From: Methylophaga frappieri
GTDB taxonomy: Bacteria > Pseudomonadota > Gammaproteobacteria > Nitrosococcales > Methylophagaceae
Length of the DNA: 32,000 nucleotides
Direction: 5' to 3'
Assembly: GCF_000260965.1 (NCBI RefSeq)
Contig: NC_017856.1
Span: 330,001 to 362,000 of the forward strand
Positions 16,742 to 27,450 of the stretch are shown piece after piece (within the stretch, counting starts at the first letter, position 1; each line of letters starts with the position of its first letter). The position numbers and the translations under genes were made by a program. A model generated the notes under the pieces. That model made no database searches and was not told the DNA's origin. It saw nothing but the letters and a program-made list of their open reading frames with translations.

Positions 16742-17632
16742 CTACCTTGATTTTTTAGATTTATTAAATGTGATCGTGGATTCGCGGATCCGTTCACGAG
16801 CGAGACCGAGGGCTCGCACTACCCGACTGGAAATTTCTTCGATTGAAGTATTGGTCGTATCAAATACCGGGATCGACACCTTTTCAAACATCGACATTGC
16901 CTTGGCAAGTTCTGCCTGACAAATTTCCAGAGAAGAATAATTACTATCCGGCCTACGCTGACGACGAATTCGACTGAGCGGTACCGGTTTAATAGTTAAG
17001 CCTGCTAATTTTTGCTGATGGATCAGCAGATAATCGGGTAACTCTTCCGCTTCCAAATCCTCTACGGTGAGTGGGTAATTTGCCACTTTAAGTGAGAAAT
17101 TCATCGCTAAATAGAGGCTGGTTGGCGTTTTGCCACAGCGGGAAACCCCAACTAAAATAACATCTGCTTCTTCGTACTGATCAGGGCGAATACCATCATC
17201 GTGCGTCAAGGCATAATCAATCGCATCCAATCGACGTTGATAGGTAGTATCGCTTATCGAAATTCGCGAAACACCCTGTTTTTGTGAGGACGGCATGCCC
17301 AAGAAGTTTTCCATTGAGCCAATAAAGCTATGGAAAAGACTGATAACGTAACCATCAGATTCTTCTAAAATGAATTGGGCTTCATCATTAACAAGCGTGC
17401 TGAATACAAAGGGTTGGTATTCCGACTGGGCACTTAATGCATTTATCTGCTCTCGGGCATCTTCCGCTTTTTCGCGTGTGTCAACAAAGGCCAAAGTGAT
17501 AGTTTCAAACTCAATGTCAGGAAACTGCGCCAAAAGACATTTGCCATAAGACTCGGCAGTCAGGCCCGTGCGGTCAGAGACGAAAAAGACCTGTCTTACT
17601 GAGTTAGGTGTTGATTCTACTAAATCGCTCAT
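16742..17632 (-). CDS. ppsR: PEP synthase regulatory protein (bifunctional kinase/pyrophosphorylase, DUF299)
   Basis: 296-aa ORF aligning with E. coli PpsR/YdiA ([13 protein letters not shown]..., [18 protein letters not shown]...). The stop lies 5 nt before the ppsA ATG. Confidence 0.92.
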   Translation of the reverse strand: MSDLVESTPNSVRQVFFVSDRTGLTAESYGKCLLAQFPDIEFETITLAFVDTREKAEDAREQINALSAQSEYQPFVFSTLVNDEAQFILEESDGYVISLFHSFIGSMENFLGMPSSQKQGVSRISISDTTYQRRLDAIDYALTHDDGIRPDQYEEADVILVGVSRCGKTPTSLYLAMNFSLKVANYPLTVEDLEAEELPDYLLIHQQKLAGLTIKPVPLSRIRRQRRPDSNYSSLEICQAELAKAMSMFEKVSIPVFDTTNTSIEEISSRVVRALGLARERIRESTITFNKSKKSR

Positions 17633-17828
17633 TGGTCTATGATGTGCTTAAACAACGTTTGGAATCAACAAAATTTTCACAGGCGCTCAGCGTGTTGTTG
17701 ACACAAGATAATGAACTTTTAAAAACAGCTCATTGGCTTAGGCCAACTTGATGACAAATTTATGAACATCATCTATTGATACACGCATGACTGTTTTTTC
17801 AAAATCGCGCATCAACCAAGTCAAAACA

Positions 17829-17861
17829 TAAAAAAAGCAGCCCATCAAAATGAACTGCTTC
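17829..17861 (-). terminator. Rho-independent terminator after the ihfA-merR pair
   Basis: Minus-strand RNA reads GAAGCAGUUCAUUUUGAUGGGCUGCUUUUUUUAUG. The stem is about 8-10 bp (two G-U pairs) and is followed by a U7 tract, about 35 nt after the MerR stop. Confidence 0.7.
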
Positions 17862-17893
17862 AGGGAAAATCTTGTTGAGTTGTGACGCTGGCG

Positions 17894-18256
17894 TTAGGCC
17901 AGCAACGTTTTTAATGACTCCAGTTCATCCAGCATTTCTGCAATTAATTGTTTTTTACTTTTTCCTGTCGTCACAACCTCAGTTTTCGTATCACTTTCTA
18001 ATTGCTGCCGTGCACCGCCAATTGTAAAGCCTTGCTCATAAAGCAGACCACGGATTTCTCGAATTAACACCACATCGTGACGTTGATAGTAACGACGATT
18101 ACCACGACGCTTGACCGGTTTCAATTGTGAAAATTCTTGCTCCCAATACCGCAATACATGTGGTTTCACGGCGCACAATTCACTCACTTCACCGATGGTA
18201 AAGTAGCGTTTCCCGGGAATTGCCGGTAACTCGTTGTTATTACTTGCTTCCAGCAT
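17894..18256 (-). CDS. MerR-family transcriptional regulator
   Basis: 120-aa ORF with a MerR-type HTH ([25 protein letters not shown]...[13 protein letters not shown]). It overlaps the ihfA stop by 17 nt. I recall this ihfA-merR arrangement from pseudomonads. Confidence 0.8.
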   Translation of the reverse strand: MLEASNNNELPAIPGKRYFTIGEVSELCAVKPHVLRYWEQEFSQLKPVKRRGNRRYYQRHDVVLIREIRGLLYEQGFTIGGARQQLESDTKTEVVTTGKSKKQLIAEMLDELESLKTLLA

Positions 18257-18536
18257 AATTATCCACCCTCGCTTTGAGTTTTTGACCAGGACGGAAAGTC
18301 ACAACCCGACGCGCGGTAATTGGGATCTCTTCACCTGTTTTTGGATTACGACCAGGACGCTCATTTTTGTCTCGCAGTTCAAAATTACCAAAGCCGGATA
18401 ATTTCACCTGATCACCGTCCTCTAAAGCACGGCGAATTTCCTCAAAAAACATTTCGACCAACTCTTTGGCTTCACGCTTGTTAAACCCAAGTTCTTCGTA
18501 AAGCTGTTCGGTCATATCGGCTTTAGTCAGTGCCAT
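18240..18536 (-). CDS. ihfA: Integration host factor subunit alpha
   Basis: 98-aa ORF: [88 protein letters not shown]. Confidence 0.97.
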   Translation of the reverse strand: MALTKADMTEQLYEELGFNKREAKELVEMFFEEIRRALEDGDQVKLSGFGNFELRDKNERPGRNPKTGEEIPITARRVVTFRPGQKLKARVDNYAGSK

Positions 18537-18572
18537 TACTACCTCTATTATCGTTATTATGATGGATGGATA

Positions 18573-20948
18573 TCAGGCTCTAATTACAGCACCAGTCGCC
18601 GACTGTAATTGTTTTGCAACCTTATCCATCACGGCCTCAACTTCCGCGTCTGTTAACGTTCTGTCAACGTGCTGCAGACGAAAAGCAATGGCAATGCTCT
18701 TCTTACTCTGCTCGATACCTTCTCCGGTATAGACGTCAAATAGTTGAAATGATTTAAGAATATCAGAGTCCACACTGCTCAGGCAACGATCAATTTCGCC
18801 TGCCGTTACGTTCGTATCCACTAAGACAGCTAAATCTCTTCGAATTGCCGGATAACGGGATATCGATTCAAAATCAGGAACTTGCGCCTGCAACGTCTGT
18901 GGCAAGTTAAGTTCGAATACGTAGACTTTATCGTCAATATCTAACGCTTCATTAAGTTGCGGATGTAACGCCCCCAACCAACCGATTTGTTGACCATTTT
19001 TTACTATCTCAGCACACTGGCCTGGGTGTAATGCCGCATGTTGACCGCCATGAAATTCAATTTGGCCACCAGCAGCTGCAAGCAATGCCTCGACGTCAGC
19101 TTTGACATCATAAAAGTCAATTGAGCGACTTTTGCCTGCCCACTGCTCCGCATATTGCGGCCCATAGGCAAGTCCGCCAATCGTTAACGTTTGGGTCATG
19201 TTGGTCAAGTCACCTTTAAAAACTCGGCCGACTTCAAACAAACGTACCCGATCTTGTTGGCGATTTAAATTATATTGCAGCGCTTGAACTAGCCCAGGCC
19301 ATAACGATTGACGCATGACAGATAAGTCTGCCGAAATCGGATTGGCTAGTGCGACTGGCGGAGTATTATTGTGTTGAAAAAGTCGGTGTAGTTCAGGGTC
19401 CACAAAGCTATACGTTATTGCTTCAAAATAGCCACGATTAACGAGTGTCTGCTGTAACCGTTCTACACTCACTTTTTGCTCTGAAATATTGCTTCTCAGC
19501 ACATGGATTTGTGGACGCGACAGCGGTAACTTGTCGTAACCATATAACCGCCCCAACTCTTCAATAAGATCAACCTCAATGGTTAAATCAAAGCGAAAAC
19601 TGGGCACATCCACCTGCCAGCCTTGTGAAATCTGCTGCACAGACAAACCTAATCGCTGCAGCTTTTCGGTAACATCAGCTTGGGCTAACTCAATCCCTAA
19701 AACCCGTTTGATTCGCTCGGCACGCAGAATAATACTGGCTGGTTTTGGGAGATCTTTTTCACTTGATATGTGTGTAATCGCACCGGCTTGTCCACCCGCT
19801 ATGTCAATAATCAAGGCGGTGGCTCGCTCCATTGCTTGCTCTGCCAAAACAGGATCAACACCACGCTCAAAACGATGTGACGAATCGGTATGCAACCCAA
19901 ACTGACGTGCCTGACCCGCCAGCGCCGACGGACTAAAAAATGCTGATTCCAGAAAAATTTCTGTTGTCTCAGACGTCACACTACTCTCTTCACCGCCCAT
20001 AATACCAGCCAGTGCCAATACCTTAGACGTATCAGCGATAACGAGCGTGTTGTCATTCAATGAGACCGTTTGACCATCTAATAACTTTAACGATTCACTA
20101 TTTTTGGCCATCCGGACCTGAATACCACCATTCAGTTTGGCCGTATCAAACGCATGCATCGGTTGACCTAATTCCAACATGACAAAATTTGTCACATCCA
20201 CAACCGGACCTAGACTTCGTAACCCACTCCGTCTCAGCTTTTCTTGTAGCCATAGCGGTGATTCCGCCGCGGCATTAATTTCTGTAATGACGCGACCTAA
20301 ATAACGTGGACAAGCCGATGATGCCTGAACATCGATGCTAATCCCGCGATCACTTGATACCGATACAGAGCTATAGTCTGGCGGCGTCAAATTCGTCTTA
20401 GTGATAACGCCAACTTCTCGGGCAATGCCTGCTACACCAAGACAATCACTCCGATTTGGCGTCAAGTCCACCTCAATCGTGACATCATCTAAGTCGAGAT
20501 ATTCGCGGATATCCCTACCAATAGGCGCATCTTGCGGTAGCGCCATCAATCCGTCTGAGGATTCCGCCAAACCAAGTTCTTTTGCAGAACACAGCATGCC
20601 AAAAGATGGCTCACCACGAAGCTTGGCTTGTTTGATTTTGAAATCACCGGGCAAGACAGCACCAATTACCGCAACAGGGACTTTTAAGCCTGTTTTGACA
20701 TTAGACGCCCCACAGACAATATCCAGCAATGTCTCGGTCGCCACATTGACTTGGCATAAGCGCAATTTATCCGCATTAGGATGTGGATTAACAGAGACCA
20801 CTTCGCCAATTAAAACACCCTGAAAATCCGCTGCAACAGGGGTTACCGCATCGACCTCAAGCCCTGCATTCGTCAATCCAGCAACCAGTGCTTCAGTCGA
20901 GCAATCGGGATTCACCCACTGCCGTAACCATTTTTCACTTAATTTCAT
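18573..20948 (-). CDS. pheT: Phenylalanine--tRNA ligase beta subunit
   Basis: 791-aa ORF with the typical MKLSEKWLRQWVNP N-terminus, and B3/4, B5 and FDX-ACB-like regions. It follows pheS. Confidence 0.97.
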   Translation of the reverse strand: MKLSEKWLRQWVNPDCSTEALVAGLTNAGLEVDAVTPVAADFQGVLIGEVVSVNPHPNADKLRLCQVNVATETLLDIVCGASNVKTGLKVPVAVIGAVLPGDFKIKQAKLRGEPSFGMLCSAKELGLAESSDGLMALPQDAPIGRDIREYLDLDDVTIEVDLTPNRSDCLGVAGIAREVGVITKTNLTPPDYSSVSVSSDRGISIDVQASSACPRYLGRVITEINAAAESPLWLQEKLRRSGLRSLGPVVDVTNFVMLELGQPMHAFDTAKLNGGIQVRMAKNSESLKLLDGQTVSLNDNTLVIADTSKVLALAGIMGGEESSVTSETTEIFLESAFFSPSALAGQARQFGLHTDSSHRFERGVDPVLAEQAMERATALIIDIAGGQAGAITHISSEKDLPKPASIILRAERIKRVLGIELAQADVTEKLQRLGLSVQQISQGWQVDVPSFRFDLTIEVDLIEELGRLYGYDKLPLSRPQIHVLRSNISEQKVSVERLQQTLVNRGYFEAITYSFVDPELHRLFQHNNTPPVALANPISADLSVMRQSLWPGLVQALQYNLNRQQDRVRLFEVGRVFKGDLTNMTQTLTIGGLAYGPQYAEQWAGKSRSIDFYDVKADVEALLAAAGGQIEFHGGQHAALHPGQCAEIVKNGQQIGWLGALHPQLNEALDIDDKVYVFELNLPQTLQAQVPDFESISRYPAIRRDLAVLVDTNVTAGEIDRCLSSVDSDILKSFQLFDVYTGEGIEQSKKSIAIAFRLQHVDRTLTDAEVEAVMDKVAKQLQSATGAVIRA

Positions 20949-20963
20949 ACTGCAGTGGCCCTT

Positions 20964-22019
<1,056 letters not shown>

Positions 22020-22029
22020 TCATTCACAA

Positions 22030-22058
22030 ACAAAAAGGGCCGTTTTCACGGCCCTTTT
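22030..22058 (-). terminator. Rho-independent terminator between rplT and pheS
   Basis: Minus-strand RNA reads GAAAAGGGCCGUGAAAACGGCCCUUUUUGUUUG. The stem is GGGCCG/CGGCCC, followed by a U-tract. Confidence 0.75.
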
Positions 22059-22109
22059 CAGCTTACTTTACGTCTGATTTACCTACGCTAACGCGATTAA
22101 ATCAAATCG

Positions 22110-22469
22110 TTATTTTGCTAGTGCCGCTTTAGCCTGGTCTGCAATAGCGGCAAAGGCTGCGCTGTCATGAACAGCAATATCTGCCAGCACTTTACGATCA
22201 ATTTCTATGGCAGCTTTTTTCAAGCCATCAATTAAACGACTGTAGGACAGACCACATTCGCGAGCCGCGGCATTAATACGGGCAATCCACAGTGTGCGGA
22301 AAACGCGTTTTTTCTGACGGCGATCACGGTAGGCATACTGACCTGCTTTAGTGACGGCTTGAACGGCAACCCGATAAACGTTTTTACGACGGCCGTAATA
22401 ACCTTTGGCTTGGGCAATGACTTTTTTATGGCGAGCACGTGCTCTGACGCCGCGTTTGACTCTAGACAT
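22110..22469 (-). CDS. rplT: 50S ribosomal protein L20
   Basis: 119-aa ORF: [35 protein letters not shown]... Confidence 0.98.
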   Translation of the reverse strand: MSRVKRGVRARARHKKVIAQAKGYYGRRKNVYRVAVQAVTKAGQYAYRDRRQKKRVFRTLWIARINAAARECGLSYSRLIDGLKKAAIEIDRKVLADIAVHDSAAFAAIADQAKAALAK

Positions 22470-22484
22470 ATTTCAACTCCCCGG

Positions 22485-22682
22485 TTACAGATTCGGCAAC
22501 ATTTTGCGGACTGACAAGTGATCTGCTTTGCAAATCGTCAGATTTGAACGCAAATGACGTTTCCGCTTAGTGCTTTTCTTGGTGAGGATATGGCTGGTAA
22601 ACGCTTGTGCACGTTTAAACTTACCACTTCCGGTGCGCTTAAAACGCTTGGCCGCACCGCTATGATTTTTCAATTTGGGCAT
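22485..22682 (-). CDS. rpmI: 50S ribosomal protein L35
   Basis: 65-aa ORF: [45 protein letters not shown]. Confidence 0.97.
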   Translation of the reverse strand: MPKLKNHSGAAKRFKRTGSGKFKRAQAFTSHILTKKSTKRKRHLRSNLTICKADHLSVRKMLPNL

Positions 22683-22711
22683 TTCGAACTCCGCATTGTT
22701 TAAGTTGTTGT

Positions 22712-23236
22712 TTATTTTTTACTCGGCGCCAAAACCATAATCATTTGTCGGCCTTCTTTCTTGGGACGTTGCTCGACGGTTGACAGGTCTTGCAGATCTT
22801 CCGCTACTCTTTCAAGCAGCTTTAAACCCAAATCCTGATGCGCCATCTCACGCCCGCGAAACCGCAGACTGACTTTAGTTTTGTTACCATCTTCGAGGAA
22901 ACGGGTCAGGTTGCGTAGTTTTACCTGATAGTCTCCCTCTTCCGTCCCTGGTCGGAATTTTATTTCCTTAACCTGTATCTGTTTTTGCTTTTTCTTTGCG
23001 ATAGCCTTTTGTTTATTGGCCTCAAACAGATACTTGCCGTAATCCATAATACGACACACTGGTGGCGTTGCCTGAGGGGCAATTTCCACCAAATCCAAGT
23101 CGGCTTCATCAGCAAGCTCCAGCGCTCGCGCAACCGGCATGATGCCAAGCTGTTCACCGTCTTTATCCGTTACTCGTACTTCTCTGGCTGTAATTTCTGA
23201 GTTCAGCCGTTTTTGATCTGTAGCGATGTTTTTAAT
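22712..23236 (-). CDS. infC: Translation initiation factor IF-3 (AUU start)
   Basis: Homology to E. coli IF3 begins at [22 protein letters not shown]... and includes [33 protein letters not shown] and FRGREMAH. The codon at 23234..23236 is ATT and overlaps the thrS TAA by 1 nt. The ORF-track ATG at 23299 lies inside thrS and is not the start. Confidence 0.9.
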   Translation of the reverse strand: MKNIATDQKRLNSEITAREVRVTDKDGEQLGIMPVARALELADEADLDLVEIAPQATPPVCRIMDYGKYLFEANKQKAIAKKKQKQIQVKEIKFRPGTEEGDYQVKLRNLTRFLEDGNKTKVSLRFRGREMAHQDLGLKLLERVAEDLQDLSTVEQRPKKEGRQMIMVLAPSKK

Positions 23237-25160
23237 CCTCTGAAATAATTCGGCCGCGGCGCGCCACGTCTTGCTTGAGCACCTCAATGAATCTATCAAG
23301 CGTCATTGAACCTAAATCTTCGCCCTTGCGAGTCCGTACTGCCACGGCATTATCTTGTGCTTCACGCTCACCAATAACAATCAAATAAGGAACGCGCTGC
23401 AACGTGTGTTCGCGTATTTTAAAGCCAATTTTTTCATTTCTCAAGTCGTGCTCAGCTCTAAACCCCTGATTTTGAAGTTCTTGAACGATTTTTTTCGCAT
23501 ATTCAGACTGTTTATCGGTTATCCCCATCACCATAACCTGTTGCGGAGCAAGCCAGACTGGAAACGCACCGGCATACTCTTCAATCAAAATACCGATAAA
23601 TCGTTCCAGTGATCCGAGGATGGCGCGATGCAACATAACAGGGACTTGTTTGCTGCCATCATCGGCAACATAATCCGCATCCAAGCGACCCGGCATAGAG
23701 AAATCGACTTGAATTGTGCCACATTGCCACACACGACCAATGCAATCTTTCAGAGAGAATTCGATTTTTGGCCCGTAAAATGCTCCCTCGCCCGGCTGTA
23801 ATTGCCAATCAAGTTGTTGGGCATTTAATGCCTGCTCTAGTGCTTGCTCTGCTTTGTCCCAAACCGCATCACTACCCACCCGGTTTTGTGGCCGAGTGGA
23901 TAACTTAATGATGACTTCGTTAAAGCCAAAGTCTGCATAGACTTCAAACAAAAGATTGATGAAGGCAGAAACTTCAGATTGAATTTGTTCCTCAGTACAA
24001 AAGATGTGTGCGTCATCTTGTGTAAAATTACGGAGCCGCATCAAACCATGCAAAGTACCTGATGGCTCATTACGGTGACAGGAACCAAATTCTGCCATGC
24101 GCAGTGGCAGATCCCGATAGCTTTTCAGACCTTGATTATAAATCTGGATATGGCATGGGCAGTTCATCGGTTTGACGGCATAATCACGATGTTCAGAATG
24201 CGTCGTGAAAATCATGTCGCCAAACTTGTCCCAGTGTCCGGACTTTTCCCATAAACTGCGATCAACAACTTGCGGTGTTTTTACTTCCTGATAATCATTT
24301 TCGCGCATGACCTGCCGGATATGATTTTCGACCTGCCGAAAAATACGCCAGCCATTGTCATGCCAGAACACCATACCCGCCGCTTCATCCTGCATATGAA
24401 ACAGGTCGAGGCTTTTGGCCAGTTTGCGATGATCACGTTTTTGCGCTTCTTCAAGACGCTGGCGATAAGCTTTCAGCGCTTTTTTGTCAGCCCAAGCCGT
24501 ACCGTAGACGCGCTGCAACATCTCATTATTGGCATCACCTCGCCAATACGCACCAGCTAACTTGGTTAAATCAAAGGCTTTACAAAATGACATGTTTGGC
24601 ACATGCGGGCCACGACACATATCAATGTATTCTTCGTGATAGTAGAGACCCACCTCTTTCACGCCATCATCCAGATCATCGATGATGCGCATTTTGTAGA
24701 TCTCGCCACGCTGCTCGAAAATGGCACGTGCTTCAGCTTTCGGCGTCATTCTTTTGATGACGTCGTAACTGGTTTTAGCCAGTTCTTCCATCCGCGTCTG
24801 AATGGTGGTCAGATCTTCCGGTGTAAACCGGTAATCATTTTCAATATCGTAATAGAAGCCGTCTTCAATAACAGGACCGATAACCATCTTGGTTTCCGGA
24901 AACAATTGCTTAACCGCATGACCAAACAAATGGGCAGTTGAATGACGAATAATATCAACGCCTTCCGCATCTTTTGGTGTGATGATAGACAATGTCGCGT
25001 CTTGATCAATAACCGTGCAAGCATCAACCAGATCACCATTGATTTTACCGGCAACCGTGGCGCGGGCTAAGCCTTCACCGATTGATTTGGCGACTTCATA
25101 AACGGTTATCGGATTGTCGAACTGGCGCTGACTGCCATCAGGAAGGGTGACTGTAATCAT
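23232..25160 (-). CDS. thrS: Threonine--tRNA ligase
   Basis: 642 aa starting [28 protein letters not shown] (TGS domain), the same length as E. coli ThrRS. The ORF-track extension to 25277 reads through tRNA-Val and is rejected. Confidence 0.96.
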   Translation of the reverse strand: MITVTLPDGSQRQFDNPITVYEVAKSIGEGLARATVAGKINGDLVDACTVIDQDATLSIITPKDAEGVDIIRHSTAHLFGHAVKQLFPETKMVIGPVIEDGFYYDIENDYRFTPEDLTTIQTRMEELAKTSYDVIKRMTPKAEARAIFEQRGEIYKMRIIDDLDDGVKEVGLYYHEEYIDMCRGPHVPNMSFCKAFDLTKLAGAYWRGDANNEMLQRVYGTAWADKKALKAYRQRLEEAQKRDHRKLAKSLDLFHMQDEAAGMVFWHDNGWRIFRQVENHIRQVMRENDYQEVKTPQVVDRSLWEKSGHWDKFGDMIFTTHSEHRDYAVKPMNCPCHIQIYNQGLKSYRDLPLRMAEFGSCHRNEPSGTLHGLMRLRNFTQDDAHIFCTEEQIQSEVSAFINLLFEVYADFGFNEVIIKLSTRPQNRVGSDAVWDKAEQALEQALNAQQLDWQLQPGEGAFYGPKIEFSLKDCIGRVWQCGTIQVDFSMPGRLDADYVADDGSKQVPVMLHRAILGSLERFIGILIEEYAGAFPVWLAPQQVMVMGITDKQSEYAKKIVQELQNQGFRAEHDLRNEKIGFKIREHTLQRVPYLIVIGEREAQDNAVAVRTRKGEDLGSMTLDRFIEVLKQDVARRGRIISED

Positions 25161-25177
25161 GATGATTCCATGGTTGT

Positions 25178-25194
25178 GGCCTATACGAGGGGCC
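25178..25194 (-). promoter_or_regulatory. Candidate ThrRS translational operator hairpin (tRNA-Thr anticodon-arm mimic)
   Basis: The minus-strand leader RNA contains GGCC-C-CUCGUAU-A-GGCC. A 4-bp stem closes a loop holding U-CGU-A (CGU is a tRNA-Thr anticodon). It ends 17 nt upstream of the thrS AUG. Confidence 0.3.
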
Positions 25195-25195
25195 C

Positions 25196-25229
25196 TAAAA
25201 ACCAAAAAAGCACCTGTCTGCGCGGTGCT
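25196..25229 (-). terminator. Rho-independent terminator after tRNA-Val
   Basis: Minus-strand RNA reads AAGCACCGCGCAGACAGGUGCUUUUUUGGUUUUU. The stem is AGCACC/GGUGCU, followed by a U6 tract, directly 3' of the tRNA. Confidence 0.7.
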
Positions 25230-25237
25230 TGAGAAAC

Positions 25238-25314
25238 TGGTAGGCACGAGTGGATTCGAACCACCGACCCCCACCATGTCAAGGTGGTGCTCTAACCAAC
25301 TGAGCTACGTGCCT
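25238..25314 (-). tRNA. tRNA-Val (anticodon GAC)
   Basis: Reverse complement: AGGCACGTAGCTCAGTTGGTTAGAGCACCACCTTGACATGGTGGGGGTCGGTGGTTCGAATCCACTCGTGCCTACCA. The 7-bp acceptor stem is perfect, the anticodon loop is UU-GAC-AU, and CCA is encoded. The central part is near-identical to E. coli tRNA-Val(GAC). Confidence 0.93.
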
Positions 25315-25330
25315 GCCGTGAAAGCGCGAA

Positions 25331-25358
25331 ATTATACGCGCTCGGCTTGATAATGCAA
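25331..25358 (-). promoter_or_regulatory. Sigma70-type promoter for tRNA-Val
   Basis: The minus strand reads TTGCAT-16 nt-TATAAT followed by a GC-rich discriminator (TTCGCGC). The -10 element lies 16 nt upstream of the mature tRNA 5' end. Confidence 0.55.
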
Positions 25359-25362
25359 GCTT

Positions 25363-27375
25363 TTAAACGGCAACAGGGCCCAATGCTAATTTTCGTACCT
25401 GTTCCAGCTCATCTCGGAGTTTTGCTGCTTGTTCAAACTCAAGATTCTGAGCATGTTTGTACATGGCATTTTCAATTTGCTGAATCCGTTTTGCCAGCTG
25501 TTTTGGGGTAAGACTAGCGTATTTCGCCTGTTCTTCTGCCACTTTGCTCAAAGTCAGCTTTTCTGCCTGCGCTGCTTTTGGATCATCCATGCCACCTCGA
25601 ATCGATTTCACGATACCGACCGGTGTGATGCCATGGGCTTCATTATGCGCGATTTGTTTTTCGCGGCGACGCTCGGTTTCTTCAATTGCCCGCTGCATCG
25701 AACCGGTTATTTCATCCGCATACAGAATCGCTTTACCATTCAGGTTTCGTGCCGCACGACCAATGGTCTGAATTAAAGAGCGATCACTGCGGAGAAACCC
25801 TTCTTTGTCCGCATCTAAAATAGCCACTAGTGACACTTCTGGAATATCCAGGCCTTCCCGCAACAAGTTGATTCCGACCAGCACATCAAACTCACCCAGC
25901 CGCAAATCACGGATTATTTCAACGCGCTCAACGGTATCTATATCAGAATGCAGGTAGCGTACTTTTACATTATGCTCGCGGAAATAGTCGGTCAGATCTT
26001 CAGCCATCCGCTTGGTCAAGGTGGTTACCAAAACACGCTCGTTTATCTCACTTCGACGCTTAATCTCGGACAACAGGTCATCTACCTGCGTCGCGACAGG
26101 GCGTATTTCAACCTCTGGATCCACCAGCCCAGTCGGTCTGACAACTTGTTCCACCACATTTCCGGCATGCGCGTCTTCATACTTGCCGGGTGTTGCCGAA
26201 ACAAAAACCGTTTGCGGTGCCAACCGTTCCCACTCTTCAAACATTAACGGTCGATTATCCAATGCCGATGGCAGACGAAAGCCATAGTCCACTAACGTTT
26301 GTTTGCGTGATCGATCGCCCTTATACATCGCGCCAATCTGCGGAATCATGACGTGGCTTTCATCAATAATTAAAATCGCATCATCCGGCAAATAATCAAA
26401 TAAGGTCGGTGGTGCGGCGCCAGGATCTCGTCCGGATAAATGCCGGGAATAATTTTCAATACCATTGCAATAACCAAGTTCGAGCAACATTTCCAAATCG
26501 AAACGTGTTCGCTGCTCAAGACGCTGTGCTTCGACCAGCTTATTGTCATCAGTAAGTTGCTTTAGTCTATCCGCCATTTCTATTTTGATGGCGTCAATGG
26601 CTTTTAGCAGGTTTTCCCGGGGCGTGACATAGTGGGTTTTCGGATAGATGGTGATGCGGCTAAGCCGCTGTATCATTTCGCCGGTCAGCGGGTCGAAATA
26701 ACTGATTTGTTCAACTTCATCATCAAACAGTTCAATACGTACCGCATCTCGCTCTGACTCTGCCGGAAAAATATCAATCACTTCACCACGAACCCGATAA
26801 GTACCGCGCGCCAGTTCAATATCGTTGCGCGTATATTGCAACTCGGCAAGGCGCCTTAAAATATCGCGCTGATTAATAACATCCCCTTGAACCAGGTGCA
26901 GCACCATCGACAGATAAGCGTCTTTTTCGCCCAGACCATAAATACAGGAAACGCTGGATACGATAATGGCATCACGTCGTTCCAACATGGCTTTGGTCGC
27001 CGACAATCGCATTTGCTCTATTTGTTCGTTTACTGAGGCATCCTTATCGATAAAAGTGTCAGACGACGGCACATAAGCTTCCGGTTGATAGTAATCGTAG
27101 TAAGAAACGAAATATTCCACCGCATTGTTTGGAAAAAACTCTTTCATCTCACTATAAAGCTGCGCTGCCAGCGTTTTATTCGGTGCCAACACCATCACGG
27201 GGCGCTGTAATACCTGCGCGACATTGGCCATGGTAAAGGTTTTGCCCGAACCGGTTACCCCTAACAGGGTTTGATACATTTCGCCATTATTCAAACCCTC
27301 GACCAATGAAGCGATAGCTGCCGGCTGATCACCGGCGGGTTTAAATTCACTGACCAGTTCAAATTGTTTGTTCAT
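25363..27375 (-). CDS. uvrB: Excinuclease ABC subunit B
   Basis: 670-aa ORF with Walker A ([14 protein letters not shown]), helicase motifs and a C-terminal UVR domain ([13 protein letters not shown]). Confidence 0.98.
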   Translation of the reverse strand: MNKQFELVSEFKPAGDQPAAIASLVEGLNNGEMYQTLLGVTGSGKTFTMANVAQVLQRPVMVLAPNKTLAAQLYSEMKEFFPNNAVEYFVSYYDYYQPEAYVPSSDTFIDKDASVNEQIEQMRLSATKAMLERRDAIIVSSVSCIYGLGEKDAYLSMVLHLVQGDVINQRDILRRLAELQYTRNDIELARGTYRVRGEVIDIFPAESERDAVRIELFDDEVEQISYFDPLTGEMIQRLSRITIYPKTHYVTPRENLLKAIDAIKIEMADRLKQLTDDNKLVEAQRLEQRTRFDLEMLLELGYCNGIENYSRHLSGRDPGAAPPTLFDYLPDDAILIIDESHVMIPQIGAMYKGDRSRKQTLVDYGFRLPSALDNRPLMFEEWERLAPQTVFVSATPGKYEDAHAGNVVEQVVRPTGLVDPEVEIRPVATQVDDLLSEIKRRSEINERVLVTTLTKRMAEDLTDYFREHNVKVRYLHSDIDTVERVEIIRDLRLGEFDVLVGINLLREGLDIPEVSLVAILDADKEGFLRSDRSLIQTIGRAARNLNGKAILYADEITGSMQRAIEETERRREKQIAHNEAHGITPVGIVKSIRGGMDDPKAAQAEKLTLSKVAEEQAKYASLTPKQLAKRIQQIENAMYKHAQNLEFEQAAKLRDELEQVRKLALGPVAV

Positions 27376-27450
27376 AGTCTTTAGCTAACTCTGCGATTAT
27401 CGTAATATTAAGCAATACTTTATTTAAACGTTAAATATGAAGGTTTTATT

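Noticed and set aside
17633-17828. A possible small RNA or Cra/FruR site in the 260-bp gap upstream of ppsR.
   Set aside because: I found only a weak 5-bp hairpin (TTGGC-ttag-GCCAA) and a plus-strand TTGACA with no convincing -10 element. There is no good match to the Cra half-site TGAAAC. The gap is most simply the ppsR-ppsA promoter and leader.
23232-25277. The ORF-track 681-aa version of ThrRS, starting [15 protein letters not shown]...
   Set aside because: The extension reads through the tRNA-Val gene and its terminator. MITVTLPDG at 25160 gives the canonical 642-aa ThrRS.
27376-27450. I looked for a LexA/SOS box in the uvrB-aminotransferase divergent promoter.
   Set aside because: No CTGT-N8-ACAG-like motif occurs on either strand. 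The closest string (CTGCGATTATCGTAAT) lacks the second half-site.
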